A DNA stretch of 64,000 nucleotides from an uncultured delta proteobacterium (GCA_963778655.1 CAVZVA010000005.1:640001-704000); one strand, 5' to 3'. Positions 18,839 to 28,625 are shown, numbered from the stretch's first letter. Translations and numbers: made by a program. Notes: generated by a model not told the origin, from the letters alone.

Positions 18839-20161
18839 ATGTTCTACGCGGACCTGCACATACACTCGAAGCATTCGCGCGCGACGAGTCGGGACTGCGA
18901 CCTCGAGCACCTCTACCTGTGGGCGCGCAAGAAGGGCATTGGCGTGATCGGCACCGGCGACTTCACGCACCCCGCCTGGCTGGCGGAGCTGCGCGAGAAG
19001 TTGGTGCCGGCCGAGCCCGGGCTGTACCGGCTGCGCCCCGAGCTGGAGCGGGAGCTGGACCGCGCGCACCCGCCCGGGCCACAGCCGGCTCCGCGCTTCA
19101 TGCTGCAGGTCGAGATCTCCAACATCTACAAGCGCGACGGAAGGACCCGCAAGATCCACAACCTGATCTATACGCCCGACCTCGACAACGCCGCGCGCTT
19201 CGCCGCGCGGCTGGCGCGCGTCGGCAACATCGCGTCCGACGGCCGTCCCATCCTGGGGCTGGACTCGCGCGACCTGCTCGAAATCGCGCTCGAGACCGGG
19301 CCCGGCTGCTATCTGGTGCCGGCGCACATCTGGACGCCGTGGTTCGCGGTGCTCGGCTCCAAATCCGGCTTCGACGCGGTGCAGGACTGCTACGCGGACC
19401 TCGCCCCGCACGTGTTCGCGGTGGAGACCGGCCTCTCCTCCGACCCGGGGATGAACTGGCGTCTGTCGAGGCTCGATCGCTACCGCCTGGTCTCGAACTC
19501 CGACGCGCACTCACCGCCCAAGCTGGGCAGGGAGGCCACGCGCTTCACGGGCGAGCTCGACTACTTCGCGATCATGCACGCGCTGCAGACCGGCGAGCGC
19601 TTCGGCGGCACGGTCGAGTTCTTCCCCGAGGAGGGCAAGTACCATCTCGACGGGCACCGCAAGTGCGACGTGTGCCTGCAACCCGAACGCTCGCGCAGCC
19701 ATGAGGATCTGTGTCCGGTGTGCGGCAAGCCGCTCACACTCGGCGTGCTGCACCGGGTAGAGGCGCTGGCGGATCGGCCCGAGGGCTTTGCTCTCGAAGG
19801 CGCCGCGCCCTACGACTGCCTGGTGCCGCTGCCCGAGTTGCTGGCCGAGACGCTCGGGGTCGGCGCCGCCAGCCAGAAGGTGCGCATCGCCTACGAGCGC
19901 ATGCTAGCCGCGCTCGGCCCCGAGCTGTACATTCTGAAGCAGGCGCCGATCGAAGACCTGCAGCGAGAGGCTTCGACCCTGGTGGCGGAGGCGATCGCGC
20001 GCATGCGCGCGGGCCGAGTGCTGCGCCAGCCGGGTTTCGACGGCGAGTACGGGGTGATCCGGATGTTCGAGCCGGACGAGCTCGCGCGCAGTCACATCGC
20101 ATCGCGGCTCGACCGCGCGGTCGAGCCGCAGGCGCCGGCCGCGCCGCTGCCCGAAGCCTAG
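18839..20161 (+). CDS. Endonuclease Q family protein (PHP domain plus Zn finger), N-terminal part of an EndoQ-UvrD fusion
   Basis: ADLHIHSKHSRATS, GTGDFTHP, PAHIWTPW, ETGLSSD, SNSDAHSPPKLGRE, GKYH.DGHRKC..C, CPVCG, PGFDGEYG. Confidence 0.9.
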   Translation: MFYADLHIHSKHSRATSRDCDLEHLYLWARKKGIGVIGTGDFTHPAWLAELREKLVPAEPGLYRLRPELERELDRAHPPGPQPAPRFMLQVEISNIYKRDGRTRKIHNLIYTPDLDNAARFAARLARVGNIASDGRPILGLDSRDLLEIALETGPGCYLVPAHIWTPWFAVLGSKSGFDAVQDCYADLAPHVFAVETGLSSDPGMNWRLSRLDRYRLVSNSDAHSPPKLGREATRFTGELDYFAIMHALQTGERFGGTVEFFPEEGKYHLDGHRKCDVCLQPERSRSHEDLCPVCGKPLTLGVLHRVEALADRPEGFALEGAAPYDCLVPLPELLAETLGVGAASQKVRIAYERMLAALGPELYILKQAPIEDLQREASTLVAEAIARMRAGRVLRQPGFDGEYGVIRMFEPDELARSHIASRLDRAVEPQAPAAPLPEA

Positions 20162-20540
20162 CCGAGCGTCGCCCCGGCGATCCCTGTGCCGCGCTCCGTG
20201 TGCCGCCGTCGGCCGCTGCCTCTCCGCAGCCCAGCCTGTTCGATCCGCCGCCTGCGCCGGCGTCCCCCGAGCTCGAGGGGCTCGACCCGGAGCCGCGAGC
20301 GGCCGCGGCGCTGAGCGCCGGCCCCGCTGCTGATCATCGCGGGACCGGGCACGGGTAAGACGCACACGCTGACCCAACGGCTGGCCCCGCTTGATCCGCG
20401 CTCACGGCGTTGCGCCCCGGGCCTGTCTGGCGGTCACGTTCACGCGCCGCGCTGCCGAGGAGCTGCGCGAGCGGCTGGTTGCGCTGCTGGGGGATGCTTG
20501 TCTACTCGCGTCAAGACAGGGCCCCGCTAGCCTTCTGTAA
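20162..20540 (+). pseudogene. Frameshifted, truncated UvrD/PcrA helicase remnant
   Basis: Three frames read QPSLF..LEGLDPEPRAAA / PLLIIAGPGTGKTHTLTQRLA / LIRAHGVAPRACLAVTFTRRAAEELRERL (motifs Q, I, Ia), then a stop at TAA 20538-20540. Confidence 0.85.
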
Positions 20541-20622
20541 CCGGGAGGGGCACGCGCCCCTCCCGGCCCGTTGGGCAAAGCCCAACGGGGCCCACCCCCC
20601 CCGCGGGTCGCTTCGCTCCGGT
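20540..20622. repeat. Tandem double-hairpin REP-like element or bidirectional terminator
   Basis: CCGGGAGGGGC-acgc-GCCCCTCCCGG (11-bp stem), then CCCGTTGGGC-aaa-GCCCAACGGG (10-bp stem); ACCGG..CCGGT ends; lies between convergent genes. Confidence 0.7.
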
Positions 20623-20623
20623 G

Positions 20624-22993
20624 CTAGAGTGCGGCCGCTTCCTTGGCCGGGCGGTCGGCGGCGAGCAGCACGTCGCGCGCCTCCTTGACGCCTGCATCGC
20701 GCGCCGCGAGCAACAGCCCGCGCAGGTTCATCGAGGCCAGGGTGTTGGCCACCAGCGCGCGGCGACTCGCGTCGGAGCTGCCGAGCTCCTTGTACAGGGT
20801 CTCGCGGATGTCCCGATCGGACATCCCGCCTGCGCCTTCCCAGCCCGAACGCAGGCGCGCCGTCACCTGGGCCCACACGTACGTGTAGGAATTCTGACCG
20901 GTGCCCTCCATCAGGATCTGGCCCACCCGCAAGCGGCGATAGATCTGACCCGAATCGAACATGGCCTTGGTCAGGATGTTGAAGTTGTCGTTCTCGGTGC
21001 TGTTGACTGCCATCCGCAGCACCTCTTCGGTGTCGCGGTCCTTGGGCAGCACCGCGAGCAGCTTGTGGGCCGCGTCCTCGCTGCCGCCCAGGACCACCGC
21101 GAACGCCGCGTAGCGCCGCGCGGTCGGGTCGTCGAGCAATGCGATCAGCTTCGCATCGTTGGCCGCGCTGCCGGCGTAGCCGATGGCCAGCGCCGCCGCG
21201 GTCTTGATCCCCGACGGTGTGTCGCCCGAGAGCAGCGGCAGGAGCTGGCTCGCGACGTCAGGGTTCGGCTTGCGCCACAGGCCCGTGGCGTAGTCCGTGC
21301 GGATCCGCTCGTCGAGCTTGGTGTCCATGATCTTCTGCAGCATCAACTGGTAGACGCCTTGATCGGCGACCTGCCCGAGCGTGGCACCGGCGACTTCGGC
21401 CAGGCGGAAGTCGTCCTCCGGGTCCTCGATGATCGTGGTCAGGTCCTTGATAAGCTTGGGATCGGGGCGCCCGAAGTACGCCAGGCCGCCCATCGCTTCC
21501 AGACGGTTTCGATACGCCATCTCGGAGGGGACGCTGGGCTTGGAGAAGTCGATGTCCTTGTACTTGGTGCGCGGCAGCAGGCTCAGCAGCTCCGCGTAGC
21601 CCTTGTCGTAGGGCAGCTGGCCGATGGCCTTGGCCGCGGCACCGATGTCGTCGCCCTTGAGCTCCTTGATCAGCTCGGGCCCGGCGGCCATCGCGTGGGT
21701 CGCGCCCAGCGCGCGCATGATCGCGGCCTTGCGCTCCGGCGCCTTCTTGAACAGCTCCAGCAGGCCGTCTCCGGCCGACGGATTGCCGAGCCGCCGCAGG
21801 GCGTCGACTGCGTCGGTCGCGACTTCGTCCTCCTCGCTGTTTGCGAGCTCCAGCAGGGTCGGTACCGCGCGCGCATCGCCCAGCTCCGCCAAGCCGTGCG
21901 CGGCCTCCTGCTTCACGTCGTCGTCCGCATCGCCAAGCATCGCGGCCAGCGGGTCGGCCGCGCGCGGGTCATAGGTCTTGCGCAACAGGCGCACCAGGTC
22001 GCGCTTGGCGCCGACGTCGGTCGCCTGCTTGAGCAGCACCGCGAGCTGCGGTGCGGCCGTGGACTTGCCCAGCGCGTCGAGCACGCTCTGGCGCATGTCG
22101 GGGCGCTTCTGCATCAGCGTGAACAGCGGCGCGGCCGCACGCGGATCGCCAGCGCGGCCCAGGCCGGCCACCGCGGCGCGCACCACCTCGCCGTCTTCGT
22201 TCGGGTTCTGGATCAGCCGCACCAGCGGGGGCACCACCTCGGGCGAAGCCGCCTCGGACAGCGCCATCGCCACCAGCGCGCGCACGGAGGTTTCCTTGTG
22301 ATCGGTCAAGCTGGCCAGCTTCTGGATGCCCAGCGCTCGCGTGATGATGCGCGGATTGAACCCGGGCTGGGCCTGCAGGTGACCCTTGATGAACTCGTCG
22401 ACGATCGCGTCGGACGCCTTCGGATCCTGCTCCTTGAGCACCGCCATCGCCCACACCACCGGGATGCGGTCGGCGGGCTCACAGCCGTCCAGGATCTGCA
22501 GCAGCTTGGGCTTGGCCGCGTCTGCGGCCGGAGAACCGATGTTGGCGAGCGCCGAAGCCGCGGCACGCCGCACCATGCCGGGCGTGTCGAGCGCCTGGAT
22601 GAACAGGGGGACGGCCTTGTCGTCTTTGAAGTGCGAGAGGTTGCGGATGATGCGTTCTTTGACGTCGTCGTAGCTGGTCTTCTCCAGCTCGGTCCGCAAG
22701 GCCGCGAGCATGGCGTCGCCTTGCAGTTTGCCGGCCGCCAGCACGCCGTCCATGCGGTGGTCGAACGCGGCCGAGCTCTGCATGTAGAACCACACCAGAC
22801 CCGCGGCGCCCCCGACCATCAGTAGGGTCAGGATCTTCCCGGTCATCGTGGAGCGCTGCCCGATCTTCCGGAGCGCTTGCTCGTCGCTGAGCCCCGCGGC
22901 CAGATCACCCAAGTCCTCGGGATAGGCCGATGCGACCAGCGGGGGATCGGGCTCGAACGTGGGGATGAGCGGCAGACGTGTTCCCGTGCGCAT
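20624..22993 (-). CDS. Membrane-anchored HEAT-repeat protein
   Basis: One N-terminal hydrophobic segment (ILTLLMVGGAAGLVWFY) and many HEAT/PBS-lyase repeats (VRRAAASALANIG, VKQEAAHGLAELGDARAVPTLL). Start uncertain. Confidence 0.82.
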   Translation of the reverse strand: MRTGTRLPLIPTFEPDPPLVASAYPEDLGDLAAGLSDEQALRKIGQRSTMTGKILTLLMVGGAAGLVWFYMQSSAAFDHRMDGVLAAGKLQGDAMLAALRTELEKTSYDDVKERIIRNLSHFKDDKAVPLFIQALDTPGMVRRAAASALANIGSPAADAAKPKLLQILDGCEPADRIPVVWAMAVLKEQDPKASDAIVDEFIKGHLQAQPGFNPRIITRALGIQKLASLTDHKETSVRALVAMALSEAASPEVVPPLVRLIQNPNEDGEVVRAAVAGLGRAGDPRAAAPLFTLMQKRPDMRQSVLDALGKSTAAPQLAVLLKQATDVGAKRDLVRLLRKTYDPRAADPLAAMLGDADDDVKQEAAHGLAELGDARAVPTLLELANSEEDEVATDAVDALRRLGNPSAGDGLLELFKKAPERKAAIMRALGATHAMAAGPELIKELKGDDIGAAAKAIGQLPYDKGYAELLSLLPRTKYKDIDFSKPSVPSEMAYRNRLEAMGGLAYFGRPDPKLIKDLTTIIEDPEDDFRLAEVAGATLGQVADQGVYQLMLQKIMDTKLDERIRTDYATGLWRKPNPDVASQLLPLLSGDTPSGIKTAAALAIGYAGSAANDAKLIALLDDPTARRYAAFAVVLGGSEDAAHKLLAVLPKDRDTEEVLRMAVNSTENDNFNILTKAMFDSGQIYRRLRVGQILMEGTGQNSYTYVWAQVTARLRSGWEGAGGMSDRDIRETLYKELGSSDASRRALVANTLASMNLRGLLLAARDAGVKEARDVLLAADRPAKEAAAL

Positions 22994-23192
22994 CAGTGAC
23001 CTCCGGCAGGCGGATGTCGGGACGATACATAAGGAACTGGTGTGCGTTCAACGTACAACTGCTCACGCGTGCGGAATTCGCAGCGGAATTCGTCGTAGTG
23101 CCAACGAGTTGGGGCGACTCGCCGGCCCCTCCAGGTTTTCGCGTGACCAGCCTGTGCCGGCGCGCGGCGTGGAAGTCGGACCGGAGAATGCA

Positions 23193-23250
23193 ACAGGAAG
23201 CCGGGAAGATTCACAACAAGTCGTTACTTCCCGTCTTCCCGTCTTCCCGG
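23193..23250. repeat. REP-like palindromic element with 8-bp periodic arms
   Basis: ACAGGAAG-CCGGGAAG ... CTTCCCGT-CTTCCCGT-CTTCCCGG; overlaps the 3' end of the amidohydrolase gene. Confidence 0.7.
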
Positions 23251-24474
23251 GTCTCTACGGCCGGCTGGCAGCTGCAACCCGAAGACGCGCTCTGCGTTGC
23301 GAAAGTACAGCTTCTCCAGGACCTCTCGGGGCAGGCCGATGCCGTCGATCGTCCAGTGTCCCTGAATCGGGGTAGGGTGGGGCATGTGCTTGCGGTTGGT
23401 CTCGAAATACGCCCAGTGGCGTTCGAAGAACACCCGCGCCTCGGGTCGGGTGCCCGGTTGCTCGCCTCCAGAGCCCAGCGTCAGCCCGTCGGGGAAGACC
23501 GCGAGATCGCTGCCGAACAACACGCGATCTTGGAAGCGCACGAAGAAGCGTCGCATGCGCTCGGCCGGGTGACGCCCGAGCTCGGGCACGCGGGCCGCGG
23601 TGTCGATGTAGTAGTTGGGATAGGCCTTCAGCATGCGCGCCACGCGATCGGGCTCCTCAGCCGCATTGCCGAAGTGCGCGCCGATGAAGGTCGTGTGAGG
23701 GTGGCGCGCGATGCGCGTCTCGAGCTGCTGCAGCAGTGTCTCCCAGCTCGGCCACGGCTGGCCGTTCGGCGCCGTGCCGTAGAAGCTCCAGCTGGGATGC
23801 ACCCGGAGCTCCTCGTAGCGTTCGTTGGCCGGTGTGTTGGGCTCGAAGAACGCCTTGGGATCGGCGCTGTGGATCAGGACCGGCAGCCCCAGCGCGCCCG
23901 CAGTGTCGAACACCACGTCGAGCCGCGGATCGTCGATGGCCACCAGCGCGCCGGTGGCGTCTGTCACGCCCAGCCCCAGCGACTTGAAGATCTTGAGACC
24001 CTTGGCGCCCAGCGCGCGGCAGCCCTGAAGCGCGCGCCGGGCGTACTCCGCAAAGCCGGGCTGTGCGATACGCGAGAAATGCAGGTTGCACAGCGGCTGC
24101 AACCGCCCGTCGCTGCGGCGCGCGATCTCCATCGACTCCTCGAGCCCTGCGCCGGGCTCGCCGCCTGAGAGGTTCAGCCCCATCGCGATGCCGTTCTCCG
24201 CCAGGATCGCCAGCGCCTCATCGGCCACCGCCGGGTGCACGTGGAGATGGACGTCGATCTTGGGGATGGCGGCGGGTGCAGCCCCGCGTTGGGCGGGTGC
24301 GCTCGCGGGCGAGGTGGCGTTGGCGGCGATGTGCGCGCCAGGGCTACACGCGCGTGCGCAGCCAACGGTGAGGCAGAGCACCGAAAAAACGAAAGAAACC
24401 CGGCTCGCGCGGGCGCATACCGACCCCACAGTGGGTCGGGAATGCTTGGAACCGCGCCGGTTTGGTCTTATCAT
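23224..24474 (-). CDS. Amidohydrolase family protein (Amidohydro_2), probably exported
   Basis: IDVHLH, GAKGLKIFK, PVLIHSADP, IGAHFGN, DRVLFGSD, LYFRNAERVF; hydrophobic N-terminus. Confidence 0.85.
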   Translation of the reverse strand: MIRPNRRGSKHSRPTVGSVCARASRVSFVFSVLCLTVGCARACSPGAHIAANATSPASAPAQRGAAPAAIPKIDVHLHVHPAVADEALAILAENGIAMGLNLSGGEPGAGLEESMEIARRSDGRLQPLCNLHFSRIAQPGFAEYARRALQGCRALGAKGLKIFKSLGLGVTDATGALVAIDDPRLDVVFDTAGALGLPVLIHSADPKAFFEPNTPANERYEELRVHPSWSFYGTAPNGQPWPSWETLLQQLETRIARHPHTTFIGAHFGNAAEEPDRVARMLKAYPNYYIDTAARVPELGRHPAERMRRFFVRFQDRVLFGSDLAVFPDGLTLGSGGEQPGTRPEARVFFERHWAYFETNRKHMPHPTPIQGHWTIDGIGLPREVLEKLYFRNAERVFGLQLPAGRRDPGRREDGK

Positions 24475-24548
24475 GGGCGCAACTACGCGGAATCGTTACC
24501 GACCCGGGTGGGGTCCGGAAAGCCACTGAACGTCGCGCGAGGGTGGGC

Positions 24549-24890
24549 ATGACCAAGTCCGAGCTGATCGAAGCCGTCGCACAACGCAGCAACATCACCA
24601 AGAGCCGCGCCGAATTCGTAGTCAATTGCGTGTTCGACGCCATGACCGACGCGCTCGAGCGCGGCGAGGGTATCGAGATTCGTGGCTACGGTTCCTTCAC
24701 CGTCCGCCATTACCACGCGTACGACGGTCGCAACCCGCGCACGGGCAAGGCGGTTTCGGTACCCGAGAAGCGCCTGCCTTTCTTCAAGGTCGGCAAAGAG
24801 TTGAAAGCGTTGGTCAATGGCACGACCGTGCCGCTCGACGGCAGCGACTCCGACGACAGCGACGACGACGACAGCGACGACGAGGACTGA
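24549..24890 (+). CDS. ihfB: Integration host factor beta / HU-family DNA-binding protein with an acidic tail
   Basis: MTKSELIE, IEIRGYGSF, GRNPRTG, PFFKVGKEL; C-terminal DSDSDDSDDDDSDDED. Confidence 0.9.
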   Translation: MTKSELIEAVAQRSNITKSRAEFVVNCVFDAMTDALERGEGIEIRGYGSFTVRHYHAYDGRNPRTGKAVSVPEKRLPFFKVGKELKALVNGTTVPLDGSDSDDSDDDDSDDED

Positions 24891-24933
24891 GCAGGTACGG
24901 CGTCTGGCCAAGCTTTGGCGAGGCGTGGGACCA

Positions 24934-26292
24934 CTACAGCTTGGTGTGCGCGACCACAGCGCGCCGGAAATCCGGCGCCTCGCCAATCGCCTCGAGCAGG
25001 GCTTCGGCGGGCGTCTTTCCCTGCGCGAGCAACGCCTGCAGCGGCTGCAGGTAGACGCGCTCGTCCTGCCCCTGCGGGTTGGTGCACGCCTGGCGCGCGA
25101 GCCCGGCGGCCGCGATCTCGACCACTTGACGCGCCCACCACAGCACCGGCTTGCCGCCGAGGCGCGCTTTCAGCGCGCTGCGCGCGATCTCCGGCCTGGC
25201 CCGCGCGACGCTGGCGGCATCGAGCGGCACGATCAAGCTCTCCAGCTCGGACAGAGCGTGCGGGTCGTACAACATGCCCTTCCACAGCGCCGGCACCGCG
25301 CAGATCAGCGCGCGCGGCTGCGCGTCGATGCCGCGCACCTCGATCGTCTTCTTCAGCCGCGCTTCGGGAAACAGCGTGTTGAGGTGCGTCTCCCAGTCGG
25401 CCAGCGTGGCGCGCTCGCCCTGCGCGCCGTCGCTCATGAACGAACGAAAGCTCTGGCCCGTGTTCGCGACCACGCGGCTACCGCGCTTGAGCATGAACAT
25501 CGGCACGTCCAGCGCCCACTCCACGTAGCGGCGGTAGGACATGTCGCGCTCCCACGCGAACGGCAGCATGCCGCTGCGATCTGGATCCATGCCGAGCCAG
25601 ACCGCGGCCCGTTCGCACAGGTGAGGTCCGCGCCGCCCTTCGATGAAGGGGCTGTTCGCGAACATGGCGGTGGCCACCGGCTGCAGGGCGAGCGCCACCC
25701 GCAGCTTGCGCACGGCGTCCTGCTCGCTTTCGTAGTCGAGATTGGCTTGCACTGTGCACGTGCGGCGCATCATGTCGAGCCCACGCGGGCCGCGGGTGGG
25801 TAGATAGCGTTCCATGATGCCGTAACGCAGCTTGGGCACGTGCGGCAGATCCTGCTGGCGGGCGAACGGGTGGAAGCCGATGCTGACCCACACGATGCCA
25901 AGCGTCTCCGAGACGGTGGCAAGCTCGGCGAGGTGGGCGTCGAGCTCGGCGCGCGTCTGGTGCACGTCCTCGAACGGAGCGCCCGAGAGCTCCAGCTGGC
26001 CCGCCGGCTCGAGCGTGATCGATGCGCCGTCGCGCAGCAGCGCGATGATCTCTCCCTCCGGGTGCTCGCGTTGGGGCTGCCAGCCGTGGCGTTCGGCGAG
26101 CAGCGCGAGCACGCGTTCGATCGAACGCGGCCCGTGGAAAGGCAGTGGCGCCAGGCTGTCTGCGAGCAACCCGATCTTCTCGGCCTCCGTCCCGATCCGG
26201 AAGCGCGCGCGCGGCTTCTCGGCGTTCAAGAACGGCAACAGCAAATCGTCGAAGGTCTCGAGCGGCGCGTCGGCTATGGGCGTGGCGGACAG
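24934..26292 (-). CDS. gshA: Glutamate-cysteine ligase (GCS2, plant/alphaproteobacterial type)
   Basis: RIGTEAEK, ITLEPAGQLELSGAP, MMRRTCTVQANLD, FANSPF, HLNTLFPEARLK..IEVRG. Start is either CTG 26292 (with SD) or TTG 26244. Confidence 0.9.
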   Translation of the reverse strand: MSATPIADAPLETFDDLLLPFLNAEKPRARFRIGTEAEKIGLLADSLAPLPFHGPRSIERVLALLAERHGWQPQREHPEGEIIALLRDGASITLEPAGQLELSGAPFEDVHQTRAELDAHLAELATVSETLGIVWVSIGFHPFARQQDLPHVPKLRYGIMERYLPTRGPRGLDMMRRTCTVQANLDYESEQDAVRKLRVALALQPVATAMFANSPFIEGRRGPHLCERAAVWLGMDPDRSGMLPFAWERDMSYRRYVEWALDVPMFMLKRGSRVVANTGQSFRSFMSDGAQGERATLADWETHLNTLFPEARLKKTIEVRGIDAQPRALICAVPALWKGMLYDPHALSELESLIVPLDAASVARARPEIARSALKARLGGKPVLWWARQVVEIAAAGLARQACTNPQGQDERVYLQPLQALLAQGKTPAEALLEAIGEAPDFRRAVVAHTKL

Positions 26293-26422
26293 GGTGGTTT
26301 CTCCCGGATGCCGGACGATGGCGGCGCCTCGAGATCTCGAGCCAGCGGGAAATAGTACCGGAGCAGGGCCCAGGCAAGCGCCGCGAGCAAGGAAGCCGGC
26401 CGCTCTGACGCCGAGCGCGCGG

Positions 26423-26452
26423 TTGACAGCGCTCTCTGCCGGTGGCTATAGT
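26423..26452 (+). promoter_or_regulatory. Sigma70-type promoter
   Basis: TTGACA-N18-TATAGT upstream of the HEAT lipoprotein gene. Confidence 0.65.
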
Positions 26453-26582
26453 CGCGCCTCGTCGACACTTGTAAGTGCTCGTACGAACAGCGAATTCGGA
26501 TTTGGGCTCGGTTTCTCGCGGCGACCTTTCGGGCGGCCCCAGCGTGGCCGCCAAAAGGTCTCGCTCCGATGGGGAGGTGGTC

Positions 26583-28250
26583 ATGCTCAAGCAAGCGCTG
26601 CTCAAGACCTTTGCGGTGTTGCTGCTGGTTTCGTGCGTGGCGACGGTGGGCTGCCACGCCGACGACAACGACGCCAAGGGGCAAGCCGGCGAGCTCGCGG
26701 ACCCGGTCCGGCGCGAGCACGCGATCGGTCGGCTCTGGAGCATCTTCAGCGAGAGGCTGGTGGCGGCCAAGGGCAACCACCAGGATCCGTCGATCAAGCA
26801 GTTCGCCGACGATACCTACGCCGACCTGGTCAAGACCTACATCGATCATCCCGAAGACAGCCAGAACGGGCTGAAGATCCTGCAGCTGATGGCGGAGATG
26901 CGCGACCCGCGCACGCTGCCGGCGCTGCTCAAGGCGCTCCAATGGCAGGCCGAGGTGACCGAGGACCACGCGGTCACGGCGGCCAACACGCTGGCCGCGA
27001 TCGACATCCCTGCGGACAAGCGCGGCGAGGTGATCGACAAGATCTGTGCGGCGCTCAAGCGCGTGCAGGGCGCGCGGGGCGTGGACAACCGCATGCGCAA
27101 GGGCTTCATCGAGGTGCTGGGCAAGCTCAGGGACAAGCGCGCCACGCCTACCCTGGTCGAGATCGCGCTGCGCCAGGACGAGTCGCAGAACTTCCTGTTC
27201 AACAAGCTTGCCGCGCAGCAGCTCACCAAGATCGCCGATCCCGCGGCGGTCGATTCGCTGGTCAAGGCGCTCTACATGTTCGACCCCAAGCAGCCGATGA
27301 TGCGTATGGAAGAGGACGCCGAGGCCGCGCTGGTGGCGATCGGCAAGCCCGCGCTGGAGCCGCTGCTGAAGGTGGTGCGGGGCGAGAACAAGGACGTCGG
27401 CAAACTGGTCGATCTCTCGATCGAAGCTTTCCGCCGCAAGGACCAGGAAGTCGCCGCCAAGATGAACCGCGACACGCTGATCGCACGCGAGGCAGTGCTG
27501 GCGCTCGGCCGGCTTGGCTTCCGCGACGCGCTCGACACCCTGATCAAGGAAACGGAGGCGGATGATCCCGACCGCCGCATGACCGCAGCCCTGGCGCTGG
27601 TCAGCATCAACCGCGAGCCCGGCGACACGCAGCGCATCGTCGACGCGATGACCAAGGTCTACGATAAGTCCGACAAGCAGGCGCGCCCGCAGCTGCTGGT
27701 GGCCTTCCGCCACCTCTACGCGGACGAGGCGATGCCCTTGCTGCTGAAGGTCGCCAAGACCCACGAGAGCGAGCTTCCCCCGGTGCAGGCGTACGGCTGG
27801 CTCAGTTATGCGTTGATGGCGAACAAGGAAGAGGCGGCGAACCTCGGGCCAATCCTCGAGAAGGAAGACCTGATCAAACCGCAGCTGGTCGACTACCAGG
27901 TGGCGATCAAGGCCGCCGAGCAGTGCGATAAGAACGTGCAGTGCTGGCTCGGCAAGCTCAAGGACAAGGACAAGGTGGTGCTGCGCAAGGCGAGCACCAT
28001 GCTCGCGCGCTACGGGCGCGGCAACGACGCGGCGGTCAAGGGCCTGATCGAGCTGTTCTCGAACAACGATCTCGAGGTGCGCAACGAAGCCCTGAGCGCG
28101 GTCGACTTCATCGCCGTCAAGGGCAGCGCCGCGGCGGTCAAGAAGATCGACGACCTCGAGAATGCCGAGGCGGGACGCTCGATCTGGAACAACTTCAGCC
28201 GCGAGGCGCTGCCCACGCGCTCGCGCCTGCTGATCCGCGCGGCCGGTTAG
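26583..28250 (+). CDS. HEAT-repeat lipoprotein
   Basis: GGGGAGG SD, signal peptide with lipobox (ATVGC), HEAT repeats (EAVLALGRLG, VRNEALSAV). Confidence 0.82.
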   Translation: MLKQALLKTFAVLLLVSCVATVGCHADDNDAKGQAGELADPVRREHAIGRLWSIFSERLVAAKGNHQDPSIKQFADDTYADLVKTYIDHPEDSQNGLKILQLMAEMRDPRTLPALLKALQWQAEVTEDHAVTAANTLAAIDIPADKRGEVIDKICAALKRVQGARGVDNRMRKGFIEVLGKLRDKRATPTLVEIALRQDESQNFLFNKLAAQQLTKIADPAAVDSLVKALYMFDPKQPMMRMEEDAEAALVAIGKPALEPLLKVVRGENKDVGKLVDLSIEAFRRKDQEVAAKMNRDTLIAREAVLALGRLGFRDALDTLIKETEADDPDRRMTAALALVSINREPGDTQRIVDAMTKVYDKSDKQARPQLLVAFRHLYADEAMPLLLKVAKTHESELPPVQAYGWLSYALMANKEEAANLGPILEKEDLIKPQLVDYQVAIKAAEQCDKNVQCWLGKLKDKDKVVLRKASTMLARYGRGNDAAVKGLIELFSNNDLEVRNEALSAVDFIAVKGSAAAVKKIDDLENAEAGRSIWNNFSREALPTRSRLLIRAAG

Positions 28251-28272
28251 ATTCCGCGCTGGACGCAGATTC

Positions 28273-28328
28273 ACAGGAAGGCGGAAAGGCGGGAAGACCC
28301 GAGGAAGGTCGGCTTTCCCGCTTGCGTG
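28273..28328. repeat. REP-like palindromic element with 8-bp periodic arms
   Basis: ACAGGAAG-GCGGAAAG-GCGGGAAG ... CTTTCCCG-CTTGCGTG. Confidence 0.6.
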
Positions 28329-28442
28329 CGCGGCTGGTGTCTGCTCGCAGCGGTCGCCGCCGGCTGCGCACTCGCTCGGCCGCCGGACGCGGGAGCTGTC
28401 GTGGCGTGACGCGCCCGCGGGCGGTGCGGTATCGTTGGTGGT

Positions 28443-28625
28443 ATGGCTCGCCTGCTACGCGAGGGCTCGGGAACGGTGCTGTTGCTGGCCGCGCTGGCCG
28501 CGCTGTTTCATGGCGTGCGGCTGCTGCACGGCCGCGACTATCTCGCGTGCATCATCCTCGTCTTTACCGGTATTTCCCTGCTGCGCGCCGGCGTCGAGCT
28601 GCTGCGCCCGTCGGTCGGTGAATGA
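28443..28625 (+). CDS. Small two-TM membrane protein
   Basis: Two hydrophobic helices; stop overlaps the next ATG; TATCGT 7 nt upstream. Confidence 0.6.
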   Translation: MARLLREGSGTVLLLAALAALFHGVRLLHGRDYLACIILVFTGISLLRAGVELLRPSVGE

